64,000 nt of DNA from Bifidobacteriaceae bacterium (lineage in GTDB: Bacteria; Actinomycetota; Actinomycetes; Actinomycetales; WQXJ01), in assembly GCA_031278655.1 (NCBI GenBank), contig JAITJZ010000010.1, forward strand, positions 5,881-69,880. The letters are read 5' to 3'. The position numbers were made by a program, and so were the translations under genes. Position 1 is the stretch's first letter, and each line of letters starts with the position of its first letter. The notes beneath the pieces were generated by a model. The model was not told where the DNA came from and made no database searches. It saw nothing but the letters and a program-made list of their open reading frames with translations. Below, in pieces: positions 1 through 12,462 of the stretch.

Positions 1-31
1 GCCTCTTAGCCAGCCGCCGCCGAGGGCGGCG

Positions 32-1939
32 CTACTTGACGGTGACGCCGTGCTCCTTGAGGAAGGCCACCGGATCGGTCGTCTCGCCCGCGACGAGCAC
101 CTCGAAGTGCAGGTGCGGGCCGGTCGATTGGCCGGAGTTGCCGGTCAGGGCGATCTGCTCGCCGGCCACGACCTCATCGCCCTCCTTGACCAGGATGCCG
201 CCCAAGCCGTCCATGTGCAGGTAACGGGTGGCGATCCCGCCGGGATGCTCGATCTCGATGGTCCAGTTGCCGCCCGAATCCTGGTAGACGCGCGTGACAT
301 CGCCGTCGCGGGCGGCGTAGATCGGCTTGCCGCGCGAACCCGTCATGTCGATCCCGGCGTGGAGTTTGACCACGCCGTAGATCGGGTGCAGGCGCATGCC
401 GTAGGGCGAGGACACCGGTCCGGCGCCCGGCTGCGTCCAACCGTCCGCGCTGACCGCGTAGGGCGAGTCGCCGCCGCGCAGTTGGTAACCCTGTTCTGCG
501 GAGGACCAGACCACCTGGGCGTTGGCGTCCAGCAGTTGCAGCGCCCCGGCGTCGGTCAGGATCAGGCTGGCGCCGGCGGCTTTGGCGTCCGCCGTCCAGA
601 CGGCCTGGTCCGCGACGCTGACCACCAGGGCGCCGTCTTGCGTCAGCGCCAGGCTGGCCTCCGGGTGGGGCTCGGCGTCCAGCGACCACAGTTTTTGGTT
701 GCGGTTGTTTTGGAGCACGATGCCGCCGTCGCCGTCGACGCTCACAAAGTAGGTGTTGGATGGGCTGGTCAGGCGGTCCCCGGCGATGACCCTGTCGCCG
801 GGCAGCAATTCGGTCGGGTAGAGCCGGGTCGAGGCGATGACCTGGGCCAGGACCTCCGGTTTGGCGCCGGGCCGTTGGATGAAAAGGGTGTAGCTGTAGC
901 TGGTGTCGGGCTGGAGCCCCATGTCCACCACCGTGCCGGGGTCTTCGCCGAGCGGCACGTCGACGCCTTCGACCGGGGTCTGCGGCGGCGCGTCGCCAAC
1001 CCCGCGGCGCAGGGTCAGGACCGCCTCCGGCTCAGCCGCCAGGGCGCTGGTGTCCCAGTTCAGCACCAAGCCGGCGTTTGACTGGGTGGCGGCGCTGATG
1101 GCGGGGCCGGTTTCGGCCGGGGCGGCCGCCTGGGCGACCTGTGCGGTCATGGAACGGGCCGTCAGTTCGGCCATGCTCCGGCGGGAGACTACCTCGATGG
1201 TGTCCGCCAGTGGGCTGAGCGCGTCGGCGCCGGCGGTGGGCGCGGCGTTCGAGGAACTGCCGCCCAGCCCAATGAAGACGGTCCCGGCCAGCAGGCCGGC
1301 GCAGGCCACCGCCGCCGCCCGCTCGGTGTTGCAGCGCAGGAAGACGCGGGCGCGGTCGAGCGGTTCGGCGACACGTTCAAGCTTCAGCTTGGTCGCCAGC
1401 GCGTTCCAGGCCAGCCCCGGTCCTTGCCAGGCGCGAAGCCGTTCGAGACCTTGGGCGCTGAGGCGGCCGATGGCCGCCAACGGCGGTCCGGCCGCCCTCC
1501 GGGCGGCCTCCAGCCACGCGGTCAAGCGCTCGCTGGCGGCGCCCGACCGGCTGGCAACGGCCGGCGCGGCCTCGGCTTGCTGCAGGGCGCTTAGCTCCGC
1601 CAACGCCTCAGCCGCCGGCACGGGGGCGGCCTGCTCCGGGGCGGCATCCTCCAGCCACGCCTCAGCCGCCGGCTCGGGCTGAGCCGCCTGCTGCTCCAGC
1701 CAGGCGGCGGCCCGCAATTCGATCTCCGCCTGCTGCTCCAGCCATTCGGCCGCATGCGACTCGGCTGGGACCGCCGGCAGTTGCCTGGGAGTCGCTGGCC
1801 GGGCAGGGGCGGCGTGGGCGCCGTGGCCGTTCAGCGGCGCCATTGCCGCCAGCTGCCGCAGCACCCGAGGCTTCGATTGAGTCTCCAACCGGAGTTGACG
1901 CCGCGTCAGCGGTTGAGACTCATCTGGTCGCTCGAGCAT
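32..1939 (-). CDS. Membrane-anchored M23/LytM family metallopeptidase with lectin-like middle region
   Basis: C-terminus has M23 motifs (KLHAGIDM ... GNSGQSTGPHLHFEV). Upstream repeats LQNNRNQKLW / LTQDGALVV resemble a bulb-type lectin. One hydrophobic segment (AAAVACAGLLAGTVFIGLGG). Start placed at ATG 1939 (MLERPDE); the track ORF extends to a TTG at 2011. Confidence 0.8.
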   Translation of the reverse strand: MLERPDESQPLTRRQLRLETQSKPRVLRQLAAMAPLNGHGAHAAPARPATPRQLPAVPAESHAAEWLEQQAEIELRAAAWLEQQAAQPEPAAEAWLEDAAPEQAAPVPAAEALAELSALQQAEAAPAVASRSGAASERLTAWLEAARRAAGPPLAAIGRLSAQGLERLRAWQGPGLAWNALATKLKLERVAEPLDRARVFLRCNTERAAAVACAGLLAGTVFIGLGGSSSNAAPTAGADALSPLADTIEVVSRRSMAELTARSMTAQVAQAAAPAETGPAISAATQSNAGLVLNWDTSALAAEPEAVLTLRRGVGDAPPQTPVEGVDVPLGEDPGTVVDMGLQPDTSYSYTLFIQRPGAKPEVLAQVIASTRLYPTELLPGDRVIAGDRLTSPSNTYFVSVDGDGGIVLQNNRNQKLWSLDAEPHPEASLALTQDGALVVSVADQAVWTADAKAAGASLILTDAGALQLLDANAQVVWSSAEQGYQLRGGDSPYAVSADGWTQPGAGPVSSPYGMRLHPIYGVVKLHAGIDMTGSRGKPIYAARDGDVTRVYQDSGGNWTIEIEHPGGIATRYLHMDGLGGILVKEGDEVVAGEQIALTGNSGQSTGPHLHFEVLVAGETTDPVAFLKEHGVTVK

Positions 1940-2087
1940 GCAGAGGGAACCTCGCCTTATAATCTGTCCGCAGGAAGTTGGCCAAGCCTGGGGGGCGCTG
2001 ACCGCGATCAATTCCCTAGCCTAGTACGGCCGCGCGCATGAAGTCGAGTCCCGAGGTTTCGGCCGGCGGCGGCCTCAAGGATTACCG

Positions 2088-4052
2088 TTGGTGGCTATGA
2101 CCGATCCGTCGAGCTACCGGCCGCCGCCGGGGGCGATCCCGACCGATCCGGGGGTCTACCGCTTCCGGGACGCGGTTGGGCGGGTCATTTATGTGGGCAA
2201 GGCCAAGAACCTGCGGGCGCGCCTGGGCAACTATTTCCAGCCGCTCGACTCCCTGCACCCGCGCACCCGCCAAATGGTGACGACGGCGGCCGGCGTCGAT
2301 TGGACGGTTGTCGGCACCGAGGTCGAGGCCCTGGCCCTGGAGTACACCTGGATCAAGCAGTTCGAGCCGCGCTTCAACGTCAAATACCGCGACGACAAGT
2401 CTTATCCCTATCTGGCCGTGACCGTGGCCGAGCCGTTCCCGCGCGCCCAGGTCATGCGCGGCGCCAAGCGCAAAGGCGTCAAATACTACGGGCCCTTCGG
2501 CCACGCCTGGGCCATCCGCGAGACCCTCGACCTGCTGACGCGCGTCTTCCCGCTGCGGACCTGCTCAGCCACAGTCTTCCGGCGCTACCAGGCCCAGGGG
2601 CGGGCCTGCCTGCTGGGCTACATCGAGAAGTGCTCCGCCCCCTGCGTCGGCCGGGTCACCGAGGCCGAGCACCGCCGCGTCGTGGATGACTTCATCGCCT
2701 TCATGGACGGCGACAGCGCCCGTTTCCTGGCCGCCATCGAAGCCGCCATGGCGCAGGCCGCCGCCGCTGAGGACTTCGAGCGCGCCGCCCGCCTGCGCGA
2801 CGACGCGGCGGCCCTGTCACGGGTGGTCGAGCGCAACGCCGTGGTGTTGAGCGAGCAGACCGACGCCGACCTGTTCGCCATCGCCCAGGACCAGTTGGAG
2901 GCCGCCATCCAGGTTTTCTTCATCCGCCGGGGCCGGGTCACCGGCCAGAGGGGCTGGATCGTTGAGAAGGTCGAGGATTTGTCCGATGCCGAGTTGACGG
3001 CCTCGCTCTTGCAGACGGTTTACAGCGGCGAGGACCAGGCGCCGCGAGAGATCCTGGTGCCGACGCCGCCGGCGGGCCTGGCGCAGTTGACGGATTACTT
3101 GCGGGTCCGCCGCGGCGGACCCGTCACCGTCAAGACGCCCCGGCGGGGCGCCAAACGGCGCCTGGCGGAAACGCTGCAGAAGAACGCCGATCAGGCGCTG
3201 GCCTTCCACAAGCTCAGGCGGGGGTCGGACTTGACCAGCCGCTCGCAGGCGTTGAAGGAACTCCAGGAGGCCCTCGACCTTGACGACGCGCCGCTGCGGA
3301 TCGAGTGCTATGACATCTCCCACACCGGCGGGGCCGCCCAGGTCGGCTCGATGGTGGTGTTCGAGGATGGCCTGGCGCGCAAATCGGAGTACCGCCATTT
3401 CAATGTGCGCGGTCCGGACGGACTCGGCGCCGCGGATGACACCGCCGCCATGGCTGAGGTCCTGACCAGGCGCTTCGCCCGCCAAACGGCCGCGAACGAA
3501 GCCCGCCCTGACGGCGGCGGCCAGCCAGACGGCATCGGACCTGGGCAAACGCCCGGCCAAGAGCGGCGGCGCTTCGCCTACCCGCCTAACCTGCTGGTGG
3601 TGGACGGCGGGGCGCCCCAAGTCGGGGCCGCGGCCAAGGCCCTGAAAGACCTGGGCGTGGCGGACGTGGCGCTGATCGGGCTGGCCAAACGGCTGGAGGA
3701 GGTGTGGCGGCCGGGCGAGGCCTTCCCGGTCATCTTGCCGCGCGGCTCTGACGGGCTGTTCCTGCTCCAGCGCGTGCGCGACGAGGCCCACCGCTTCGCC
3801 ATCACCGCCCACCGCAAGCGGCGCTCGAAGGCGATGACGCGCTCGGCGCTGGACGCGGTGGCGGGACTCGGCCCGGCCAAACAGAAGGCGCTGCTGGCGC
3901 GGTTCGGCTCGGTCAAGCGGCTGCGGGCGGCCAGCGTGGAGGAATTGGCGGCGGTCAGATCGATCGGGCCGAAGCTGGCGGAGCGGATCGCCCGGGCCCT
4001 GGCGGACGGCGGGACCGAGGTGCTTGCGGGGGATGAGAAACTGGAACGGTGA
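2088..4052 (+). CDS. uvrC: Excinuclease ABC subunit C
   Basis: 654-aa ORF with an N-terminal GIY-YIG motif (PGVYRFRD...[18 protein letters not shown]) and a C-terminal helix-hairpin-helix region. Alternative ATG start at 2097. Confidence 0.95.
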   Translation: MVAMTDPSSYRPPPGAIPTDPGVYRFRDAVGRVIYVGKAKNLRARLGNYFQPLDSLHPRTRQMVTTAAGVDWTVVGTEVEALALEYTWIKQFEPRFNVKYRDDKSYPYLAVTVAEPFPRAQVMRGAKRKGVKYYGPFGHAWAIRETLDLLTRVFPLRTCSATVFRRYQAQGRACLLGYIEKCSAPCVGRVTEAEHRRVVDDFIAFMDGDSARFLAAIEAAMAQAAAAEDFERAARLRDDAAALSRVVERNAVVLSEQTDADLFAIAQDQLEAAIQVFFIRRGRVTGQRGWIVEKVEDLSDAELTASLLQTVYSGEDQAPREILVPTPPAGLAQLTDYLRVRRGGPVTVKTPRRGAKRRLAETLQKNADQALAFHKLRRGSDLTSRSQALKELQEALDLDDAPLRIECYDISHTGGAAQVGSMVVFEDGLARKSEYRHFNVRGPDGLGAADDTAAMAEVLTRRFARQTAANEARPDGGGQPDGIGPGQTPGQERRRFAYPPNLLVVDGGAPQVGAAAKALKDLGVADVALIGLAKRLEEVWRPGEAFPVILPRGSDGLFLLQRVRDEAHRFAITAHRKRRSKAMTRSALDAVAGLGPAKQKALLARFGSVKRLRAASVEELAAVRSIGPKLAERIARALADGGTEVLAGDEKLER

Positions 4053-4981
4053 CCCAGCCGAATGACGTCCCGACCTTCCCGGCCGGCATCCCCGTGCGGG
4101 ACGCGCTCGGCGGCAAAGAGGACCGCGGCGAGGTCCTCATCATCACGGGCATGTCCGGCGCCGGGCGGACCCAAGCCGCCGGCGTGCTGGAGGACCTGGG
4201 CTGGTATGTGGTCGACAACCTGCCGCCGCAGATGATCGAGCCGCTGGCCGGGATGATGACCCCGGCCGGGGGCGGGGTCAAGAAGCTGGCGGTGGTCGTG
4301 GACGTGCGCTCGGGGGAGTTCTTCCGCACCTTGATGGACGCGCTGGAGTCGTTGCGGGCCAGCGGCGTCAGCCACCGGATCGTCTTCCTCGACGCCTCCG
4401 ACGCGGAGTTGATCCGGCGCTACGAGTCGGTCCGCCGGCCGCATCCGCTGCAGGGCGACGCCACCGTCCTGACCGGGATCGGCAGGGAGCGGGAGCTGCT
4501 GACCGACCTGCGCGAGCAGGCCGACGACTACGTCGACACCTCGGCCTTCTCGGTCCACGAGTTGAGCGCGCACATGGCGCAGATCGCCGACCCGAGCCAG
4601 AAGGACGAGGTCACGGTGACGGTGTCCTCGTTCGGCTTCAAATACGGCGTCCCCGCGGACGCCAGCTCGGTCATCGACGTCCGCTTCCTGGCCAACCCCT
4701 ATTGGGTGGACGAACTGCGCCATCTCACCGGCGCCGACTTGGCCGTGCGCGATTACGTGATGGCGTCCGGCGAGGCGCAGGCCTTCCTCAAACTCTATGT
4801 CGAGGCCCTGATGGTGTCCCTGGAGGGCTTTGTCCGCCAGCGCAAACGCCATCTGTCGGTGGCGGTCGGTTGCACCGGCGGCAAGCACCGTTCGGTGGCC
4901 ATGACCGAGGTCCTGACCGCCATGCTGCGGGCGCGCGGCGTCAGGGCCCGGGCCAGCCACCGCGACGTGGGGCGCGAATGA
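4049..4981 (+). CDS. rapZ: RNase adapter protein RapZ (P-loop ATPase, YvcJ family)
   Basis: Walker A GMSGAGRT followed by [13 protein letters not shown]. Overlaps the uvrC stop, in the conserved uvrC-rapZ-yvcK-whiA order. Confidence 0.9.
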   Translation: MTQPNDVPTFPAGIPVRDALGGKEDRGEVLIITGMSGAGRTQAAGVLEDLGWYVVDNLPPQMIEPLAGMMTPAGGGVKKLAVVVDVRSGEFFRTLMDALESLRASGVSHRIVFLDASDAELIRRYESVRRPHPLQGDATVLTGIGRERELLTDLREQADDYVDTSAFSVHELSAHMAQIADPSQKDEVTVTVSSFGFKYGVPADASSVIDVRFLANPYWVDELRHLTGADLAVRDYVMASGEAQAFLKLYVEALMVSLEGFVRQRKRHLSVAVGCTGGKHRSVAMTEVLTAMLRARGVRARASHRDVGRE

Positions 4982-6009
4982 TGCCCGCCGATGCCGTCCG
5001 GCCGGGTCGCGCTGGCGGCGGCCGCGCCCGGGCCAAGGGCGGGCGGCCGCGTCCGCCCCGGGTGGTGGCCCTGGGCGGCGGTCACGGCCTGGCGGCCTCG
5101 CTGCGGGCGCTCAGACACGTCACTTCGGAGTTGACGGCGGTGGTGACGGTGGCCGATTCGGGCGGCTCGTCCGGGCGCTTGCGGGAGGAGTTCAACTGCC
5201 TGCCGCCCGGTGACCTGCGGATGGCGCTGGCGGCCCTGTCCGGCCATGACGAATGGGGTGTGACCTGGCGCGAGGTCCTCCAGCACAGGCTCGGCGGGAA
5301 CGGCGAGCTGGCTGGGCACGCGCTCGGCAACCTGCTGATCATGGGGTTGTGGGAGATGTGGCCGGGCGACCCGGCCACCGGGCTGGACTTTGTCGGCAAG
5401 CTGGTCGGCGCCGAGGGCCGGGTGTTGCCCATGGCCAGCGTGCCCCTGGACGTCGAGGCGGACATCACCCGCCTGGTCGACGGCCGCGAATGGCACACAT
5501 CCGTGCGCGGCCAGGCCAATGTCGCCAAGGCCATGGGCCGAGTCGACGCCGTCCGGCTGCGCCCAGACGGCGCCCCGGCCTGCCCCGAGGCGGTGGCGGC
5601 GGTGGCGGCGGCGGACTGGGTGGTGTTGGGGCCGGGCTCCTGGTACACATCTGTCATCCCGCATCTGCTGATCCCCGAATTGGCGGCGGCGGTGCTGGAT
5701 GATCGCGTCAAGCGCTGCGTCACCTTGAACTTGGAGGGGCAGGCGGGGGAGACCAGCGGTTACTCCCCGGCCGACCATCTCAAAGCGCTTGGCGCCTACG
5801 CGCCCGGCCGCCGCTTCGACGTGGTGATCGTGGACGAGTCCTCGGCCGGGGATTTGACGGAGTTGGACCAATGGGTGTCGCGCCAGGGCGGCCGACTGCT
5901 AGTCTGGCCCGTCCGCAAGTCTGGCCGCGCCGCCGAGCACGACTCGCTCAGATTGGCGGCCGCCTACCGCGAAGCATTCTTGGGAGGGGATCAAGTCCAA
6001 TGGCGCTGA
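4978..6009 (+). CDS. yvcK: YvcK/CofD-like gluconeogenesis factor (UPF0052)
   Basis: [17 protein letters not shown] motif. ATG at 4978 forms an ATGA overlap with the rapZ stop. The track ORF start at 4702 lies inside rapZ and was trimmed. Confidence 0.85.
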   Translation: MMPADAVRPGRAGGGRARAKGGRPRPPRVVALGGGHGLAASLRALRHVTSELTAVVTVADSGGSSGRLREEFNCLPPGDLRMALAALSGHDEWGVTWREVLQHRLGGNGELAGHALGNLLIMGLWEMWPGDPATGLDFVGKLVGAEGRVLPMASVPLDVEADITRLVDGREWHTSVRGQANVAKAMGRVDAVRLRPDGAPACPEAVAAVAAADWVVLGPGSWYTSVIPHLLIPELAAAVLDDRVKRCVTLNLEGQAGETSGYSPADHLKALGAYAPGRRFDVVIVDESSAGDLTELDQWVSRQGGRLLVWPVRKSGRAAEHDSLRLAAAYREAFLGGDQVQWR

Positions 6010-6980
6010 CCGCCACCGTCAAAGAGGAACTCGGCCGGCTCAAAGTCGAGGCGGCTTGTTGCCGCAGGGCTGAGGTCGCGGTCACGCTGCGCTTCGCCGG
6101 GGGCTTGCACATCATTTCCGGCCGGATCGTGGTCGAGGCTGAGTTGGACACCGCCTTGGCGGCCCGGCGCCTGCGCCAGGCCGTCCTCGACCTCTACGGC
6201 AAACGATCGCAGATCGTGCTCGTGTCGGGGGGCGCTCTCAGGCGCCACAACCGTTTTCACGTTCGTTTCGCGGACGATGGCGAGGGGCTGGCCCGCCAGA
6301 CCGGCCTGCTGGACACCAGGGGGCGGCCGGTGTTGGGCTTGCCGCCGTCGATAGTCGGCGCCAGCCTCTGTGACGTCGAGGCGGCTTGGCGGGGCGCTTT
6401 CATCGCCCACGGCTCGCTGACCGAGCCGGGCCGCTCCGGCGCCCTGGAGATCACCGCCCCCGGACCGGAGGCGGCCCTGGCGCTGGTCGGCGCCGCCAGG
6501 CGCCTGGGCGTGGCGGCCAAGGCCCGCGACGTGCGCGGGGTGGACCGGGTGGTGGTCCGCGACGGCGACGCCATCAGGACCATCCTGACCCGCATGGGCG
6601 CCCATGAGACGGTCATGGCCTGGGAGGAGCGCCGGGTGCGGCGCGAAGTCATCGGCAACGCCAACCGGCTGGCCAATTTTGACGACGCCAATCTGCGCCG
6701 GTCGGTGCGGGCGGCGGTCGCCGCCGCCGCCCGGGTCGAGCGCGCTTTCGAAATCCTCGGCTACGCCGTGCCGGACCACCTGCGCCAGGCGGCCGAGCTG
6801 AGGCTGGCCAACAAGGAGGCGTCCCTTGAGGACCTCGGCCTGATGGCCAACCCGCCGCTGACCAAGGACGCCGTCGCCGGGCGGATCAGGCGCTTGTTGG
6901 CGATGGCCGACAAACGGGCCGTCGAATTGGGCATACCGCTCACAGAAGCCGCCGTCCCGCCCGATCTATACGACATGTGA
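6000..6980 (+). CDS. whiA: Sporulation/cell-division transcription regulator WhiA
   Basis: [14 protein letters not shown]...CCRRAEV N-terminus typical of WhiA. C-terminal HTH region. ATG at 6000. Confidence 0.9.
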   Translation: MALTATVKEELGRLKVEAACCRRAEVAVTLRFAGGLHIISGRIVVEAELDTALAARRLRQAVLDLYGKRSQIVLVSGGALRRHNRFHVRFADDGEGLARQTGLLDTRGRPVLGLPPSIVGASLCDVEAAWRGAFIAHGSLTEPGRSGALEITAPGPEAALALVGAARRLGVAAKARDVRGVDRVVVRDGDAIRTILTRMGAHETVMAWEERRVRREVIGNANRLANFDDANLRRSVRAAVAAAARVERAFEILGYAVPDHLRQAAELRLANKEASLEDLGLMANPPLTKDAVAGRIRRLLAMADKRAVELGIPLTEAAVPPDLYDM

Positions 6981-7167
6981 CCTGAGCTTTTGCCGCCGCC
7001 GGCGACACTTGGACTTTGGGCCCAAAGTGCTGACGGGGTGGTGGCCATGATGCTAGGGTCGATTGTTGGCGCTGGCGGATCAACCCCGGCGCCTGTATCT
7101 ACCCAGTCCATATCAGTGGGTGGCCGGCCCCGCCAGGCCCGCCGCCATGGCAAACCCGCGCCGGTGA

Positions 7168-8202
<1,035 letters not shown>

Positions 8203-8268
8203 GCGACGCCTGAGCGGCCGCTGAGACGACGGGCGTCCGCCTGGGCCGGCGTGTAGGAGTTGAGGAAA

Positions 8269-9465
8269 ATGGCTTTGAAAACAATTGACTCGCTCGGCGA
8301 CCTCAAAGGCCGCCGGGTGTTGGTGCGCGCGGACTTGAATGTGCCGCTGGACGGCCAGCGCATCACCGACGACGGCCGCGTCCGGGCCTCCCTCCCGACG
8401 ATCGAACGCCTGTCTGGGGCGGGCGCCAAGGTGGTCGTGATGGCGCACCTGGGGCGGCCCAAGGGCGCGCCGGAGGCGAAGTACTCGTTGCAGCCGGTGG
8501 CTCTCAGGCTGGCCGAGCTGTTGGGCCGCCCGGTCGCCTTCGCCGGCGACACGGTTGGGCCGTTGGCGGCCGAGGCGGTCGCGCGGGCCCAGGACGGCGA
8601 CGTGGTGGCGTTGGAGAACGTCCGCTTCAACGAGGGCGAGACCGCCAAGTCCGATGCCGTCCGCCAGGCTTTCGCCGCCCAGTTGGCCGCGCTCGGGGAC
8701 GCCTTCGTCTCGGACGGTTTCGGCGTGCTCCACCGCAAGCAGGCCTCCGTCTACGACATCGCCCAGTTGTTGCCCGCCGCCGCCGGCGGGCTGGTCCTGG
8801 CCGAGGTCGAGGCCCTGTCCAAGGCCATCGACAACCCCGCCCGTCCCTATGTGGTGGTGCTGGGAGGCTCGAAGGTCTCCGACAAACTCGGCGTCATCGG
8901 AAACCTGCTGACCAAGGCCGACGCCCTGCTGATAGGCGGCGGCATGGTCTACACCTTCCTGGCCGCCAAGGGCTGCCCGGTGGGGGAGTCGCTGCTGGAG
9001 GCGGACCAGATCGACACGGTCAAGGGCTACCTGGAGCGAGCCGGCGCCGAGGGCGTCGACATCGTGCTGCCGACGGACATCGTGGTGGCGGACAAATTCG
9101 ACCGCGACGCCGCCCACTACGACGTGGCGGCCGACCAAATCCCCGATGGCTGGATGGGCCTCGACATCGGCCCCGAGTCGCGCAAGGACTTCGCCGCGCG
9201 CCTGCTCGACGCGGCCACGATCGTCTGGAACGGCCCGATGGGCGTGTTCGAGTTCCCGGTCTTCGCCGGGGGCACCCGGGCGGTGGCCCAGGCCATGATC
9301 GACTCGACGGCCTTCTCGGTGGTCGGCGGCGGCGACAGCGCCGCGGCCGTGCGCATCTTGGGGTTGGACGAGTCCGGCTTCGGCCACATCTCGACCGGCG
9401 GCGGGGCGTCGCTGGAATTGTTGGAGGGCAAAGTGTTGCCCGGCATCGCCGTATTGGAGGGCTGA
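8269..9465 (+). CDS. pgk: Phosphoglycerate kinase
   Basis: Full-length PGK-like sequence ([12 protein letters not shown]..., [23 protein letters not shown]). ATG 8269 preceded by AGGAG/GAGGA. Confidence 0.97.
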   Translation: MALKTIDSLGDLKGRRVLVRADLNVPLDGQRITDDGRVRASLPTIERLSGAGAKVVVMAHLGRPKGAPEAKYSLQPVALRLAELLGRPVAFAGDTVGPLAAEAVARAQDGDVVALENVRFNEGETAKSDAVRQAFAAQLAALGDAFVSDGFGVLHRKQASVYDIAQLLPAAAGGLVLAEVEALSKAIDNPARPYVVVLGGSKVSDKLGVIGNLLTKADALLIGGGMVYTFLAAKGCPVGESLLEADQIDTVKGYLERAGAEGVDIVLPTDIVVADKFDRDAAHYDVAADQIPDGWMGLDIGPESRKDFAARLLDAATIVWNGPMGVFEFPVFAGGTRAVAQAMIDSTAFSVVGGGDSAAAVRILGLDESGFGHISTGGGASLELLEGKVLPGIAVLEG

Positions 9466-9469
9466 GCCA

Positions 9470-10258
9470 ATGACCCGCATCCCCTTGATGGCTGGCAACT
9501 GGAAGATGAACTTGGATCATCTCGAGGCCACCGCCACAGTCCAGCGCCTGCATTGGGCGCTGCAGGACGCCGCCTTCGACTACGCCAAGGTCGAGGTGGC
9601 GGTCTTGGCGCCGTTCACCGACCTGCGTTCGGTCCAGACCGTCACCGACGCCGACAACATGTCGATCCGCCACGGCGCCCAGGACGTCTCCGTCCATCCG
9701 TCCGGCGCCTACACCGGCGAGATCGCCGCCTCCATGCTGGCGAAGCTGGGCTGCTCGTTCGTGGTGGTGGGCCACTCGGAGCGCCGCCAGTACCACGGCG
9801 AGACCGATCAAGAGGTCGGCGAGAAGGCGTTGGCCGCCTTCGGCGGCGGCATGGTGCCGATCATCTGCGTGGGCGAGGCCCTGGCCATCCGCAAGGCCGG
9901 CGAGCACGTCGCCTACACCTTGGCCCAACTCGACGCCGTCTTCGCCGAACTGTCCCCGGAGTTGGCCAGCCGCGCGGTGGTTGCCTATGAGCCGATCTGG
10001 GCGATCGGCACCGGCGAGGTCGCCACCCCGGCTGACGCCCAGGAGGTCTGCGGCGCCATCCGCGAGCGCCTGGCCGAGTTGTACGGCCGCGAGGCGGCCG
10101 AGGGCATCAGGATCCTCTACGGCGGCTCAGTCAAATCTTCGAATGTGGCGGCCCTGATGGCCGAGGCGGACGTCGATGGCGGCCTGGTGGGCGGCGCCTC
10201 ACTCGACCCCGAGGAGTTCGCCCGCATCTGCCGGTTCTCCGAACACAGCGCCGCCTGA
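9470..10258 (+). CDS. tpiA: Triosephosphate isomerase
   Basis: MAGNWKMN..., [19 protein letters not shown] and YGGSVK motifs. Confidence 0.97.
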   Translation: MTRIPLMAGNWKMNLDHLEATATVQRLHWALQDAAFDYAKVEVAVLAPFTDLRSVQTVTDADNMSIRHGAQDVSVHPSGAYTGEIAASMLAKLGCSFVVVGHSERRQYHGETDQEVGEKALAAFGGGMVPIICVGEALAIRKAGEHVAYTLAQLDAVFAELSPELASRAVVAYEPIWAIGTGEVATPADAQEVCGAIRERLAELYGREAAEGIRILYGGSVKSSNVAALMAEADVDGGLVGGASLDPEEFARICRFSEHSAA

Positions 10259-10312
10259 GCCTGCCTCCTGAGGCGCGGCGGTCTGCGCGCTTGGGCGGCG
10301 CATGGCGTAAGA

Positions 10313-10564
10313 TTGGCGGCCGTGACTGTAGTGACCATTCTTTGCCAGGTGATACTGGTGGCGACCAGCGCCTTCCTGATCTTGCTCATCCTCATGCACA
10401 AGGGCAAGGGCGGTGGGCTTTCGGACCTGTTCGGCGGCGGCTTCTCGTCCAACCTGGGCTCGTCCGGCGTGGCCGAGAAGAACCTCAATATGTTCACAGT
10501 GATAGTGGGAATTGTCTGGATAACGATGGTGTTAGCTCTGGCGTTGATCCACAAGTTCACCTGA
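10313..10564 (+). CDS. secG: Preprotein translocase subunit SecG
   Basis: 83-aa two-TM protein with HKGKGGGLSDLFGGG, placed after tpiA as in many actinobacteria. Exact start uncertain (TTG 10313 or downstream GTG). Confidence 0.85.
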   Translation: MAAVTVVTILCQVILVATSAFLILLILMHKGKGGGLSDLFGGGFSSNLGSSGVAEKNLNMFTVIVGIVWITMVLALALIHKFT

Positions 10565-10593
10565 GCGGTGACAGATTTCAGGAGGCAGAGCAA

Positions 10594-10980
10594 ATGGCAG
10601 GTGGAAGTGCGATCCGGGGTTCGCGCGTTGGCGCGGGACCGATGGGCGAGGAGGAGCGGGGCGAGGTCGCGCCCCGCGTGACGATCTCATATTGGTGCAT
10701 CAACGGGCACGAGACGCGCCCGAGCTTCGTGGACGACCCGGGCACCACGGTGCCCGCGGAATGGGACTGCCCGCGCTGCGGGCTGCCGGCCGGCATGGAC
10801 GCGCTCAGGCCGCCGTCGCCGCCGCGCAACGAGCCTTACAAGACGCATCTGGCCTACGTCAAAGAGCGCCGCTCGGACGAGGACGGGGCCGAGCTGCTGG
10901 AGGAGGCGCTGGCGGCCCTGCGGGCGCGGCGGCGCGCCGCCGAGGATCCGGACGCCGCCAAAGCCGCGGCCGTCGGCTGA
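10594..10980 (+). CDS. rbpA: RNA polymerase-binding protein RbpA
   Basis: MAGGSAIRGSRVGAGPMGE...ISYWCINGHE...WDCPRCG...YKTHLAYVKERR matches the RbpA pattern. ATG 10594 preceded by AGGAGG. The track ORF start (10291) overlaps secG out of frame. Confidence 0.9.
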   Translation: MAGGSAIRGSRVGAGPMGEEERGEVAPRVTISYWCINGHETRPSFVDDPGTTVPAEWDCPRCGLPAGMDALRPPSPPRNEPYKTHLAYVKERRSDEDGAELLEEALAALRARRRAAEDPDAAKAAAVG

Positions 10981-11146
10981 AGCCGCCGGACCGGTTGCGC
11001 CCGGTCGCCCTCAGGCGCTGGTAGAGTTTTCGTCTGGCGCGCCCACCTGGGCGCCCCTGGGGCCTTAGCCATCAGTGTCGGCCCCACGCACCCCGCCCGC
11101 GCGGGCGTGCGCGATTCGGACTATGACGAACAGGAGAGACCCGGCA

Positions 11147-11776
11147 ATGACTTCAGTGCGCCGCGCGCGCCGCCAGGTGCGCGAATCAAGGGCTTTGGGC
11201 TTGGCCCTGACGCCAAAAGCGGCCAAATACTTCGACAAGCGGCCCTACCCGCCCGGCGAGCACGGGCGCGGCCGGCGCCGCACCGAATCCGACTACGCCA
11301 TCCGGCTGCGCGAGAAGCAACGCCTGCGGGCCCAGTACGGCCTGCGTGAGAAGCAGATCGTGCGCGCCTTCCAGGACGCCCGCAAGCAGCCGGGCCTGAC
11401 CGGCGAGGCGCTGGTGGAACTGCTCGAAGTGCGGCTGGACTCGCTGGTGCTGCGGTCCGGCTTCGCCCGCACCATCTTCCAGGCCCGTCAGGTCGTGGTC
11501 CACCGTCATGTGCTGGTCGACGGCAAACTTGTCGACCGCCCGTCCTTCCGGGTCAAGCCCGGCCAGGTCATCATGATCAAGCCGAAGTCGCAGCCGCTGG
11601 TGCCCTTCCAGGTGGCGGCGGCCGGCGCGCACCGCGACATTCAGGTCTGGCAGATTCCGGAATACCTGGACGTCAACTTGGAGCGCCTGCGGGCGCAACT
11701 GGTCCGGGCGCCGAAGCGCTCCGAGGTCCCGGTCACCTGCGACGTCCAACTGGTCGTGGAGCACTACTCCCGCTGA
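11147..11776 (+). CDS. rpsD: 30S ribosomal protein S4
   Basis: RLREKQRLRAQYGLREKQ plus an S4 RNA-binding domain (LVLRSGFARTIFQARQVVVHRHVLVDG). ATG 11147 with CAGGAGAG 9 nt upstream. Confidence 0.9.
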   Translation: MTSVRRARRQVRESRALGLALTPKAAKYFDKRPYPPGEHGRGRRRTESDYAIRLREKQRLRAQYGLREKQIVRAFQDARKQPGLTGEALVELLEVRLDSLVLRSGFARTIFQARQVVVHRHVLVDGKLVDRPSFRVKPGQVIMIKPKSQPLVPFQVAAAGAHRDIQVWQIPEYLDVNLERLRAQLVRAPKRSEVPVTCDVQLVVEHYSR

Positions 11777-11789
11777 CAAGGAGGCCCTT

Positions 11790-12221
11790 ATGACCGTCGG
11801 CGAGATCGCGGGCTTGATAGCGGCCGTCGCCTTCGTGGCCCTGGTTGGGCTGCTGGCGGTGCCGGTGCTGCGATTGGGGCGGGTGCTGGAGGAAGCCACT
11901 CGCTCGGTCAAGGAGTTGACCGAGCACACCCTGCCGATCCTGGACGAGGCGGCCACCACGGTGGCCGCCACCAACGGGCAGTTCGAGAAGGTCGACACCA
12001 TCACCACGGCGGCGGCCGACGTCTCGCAAAACGTCTCCGCCCTGACCGCGCTGGTCTCGGCCACGATCGGCGGGCCGCTGATCAAATTGGCGGCCTTCAC
12101 CTACGGCGTCAGAACCACCTTCGCCAAGCGCGCCGGCGCCCAGGGCGGCGCCGGCCGGTCCGGGCGCGGCCGCCACCGCACCCGCCGGGCGGGCGCCCCA
12201 GCTCCGGCAGAGGAACCCTGA
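11790..12221 (+). CDS. DUF948-like membrane protein
   Basis: N-terminal TM helix followed by a coiled region (RLGRVLEEATRSVKELTEHTLPILDEA), typical of DUF948 proteins found next to alaS. Confidence 0.7.
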   Translation: MTVGEIAGLIAAVAFVALVGLLAVPVLRLGRVLEEATRSVKELTEHTLPILDEAATTVAATNGQFEKVDTITTAAADVSQNVSALTALVSATIGGPLIKLAAFTYGVRTTFAKRAGAQGGAGRSGRGRHRTRRAGAPAPAEEP

Positions 12222-12222
12222 C

Positions 12223-12462
12223 GTGCGCCGGCTGGTTTGGACCGGTGTCACCGTGACCCTGGGGGTCGGCATCGGGCTCGGTCTGGCCTGGTGGGCCTAC
12301 CGGCGCTTCGACGCCGCCAAACGGGCCGTCTCGCCGGAGGGGATCGCCGGCCGGGTCGATGACGCGCTGGCGAGCGCCCACGGAATTGTCGGCGAAATCC
12401 GCCAAGCCGCCCAGGCGCGCGAGGCCGAACTGCGGCGGGCGCTGTTCGCCGGGGAGAACTGA
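12223..12462 (+). CDS. Small membrane protein, hypothetical
   Basis: 79-aa ORF with one TM helix. GTG start 2 nt after the preceding stop, and its stop abuts the alaS ATG. Confidence 0.5.
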   Translation: MRRLVWTGVTVTLGVGIGLGLAWWAYRRFDAAKRAVSPEGIAGRVDDALASAHGIVGEIRQAAQAREAELRRALFAGEN

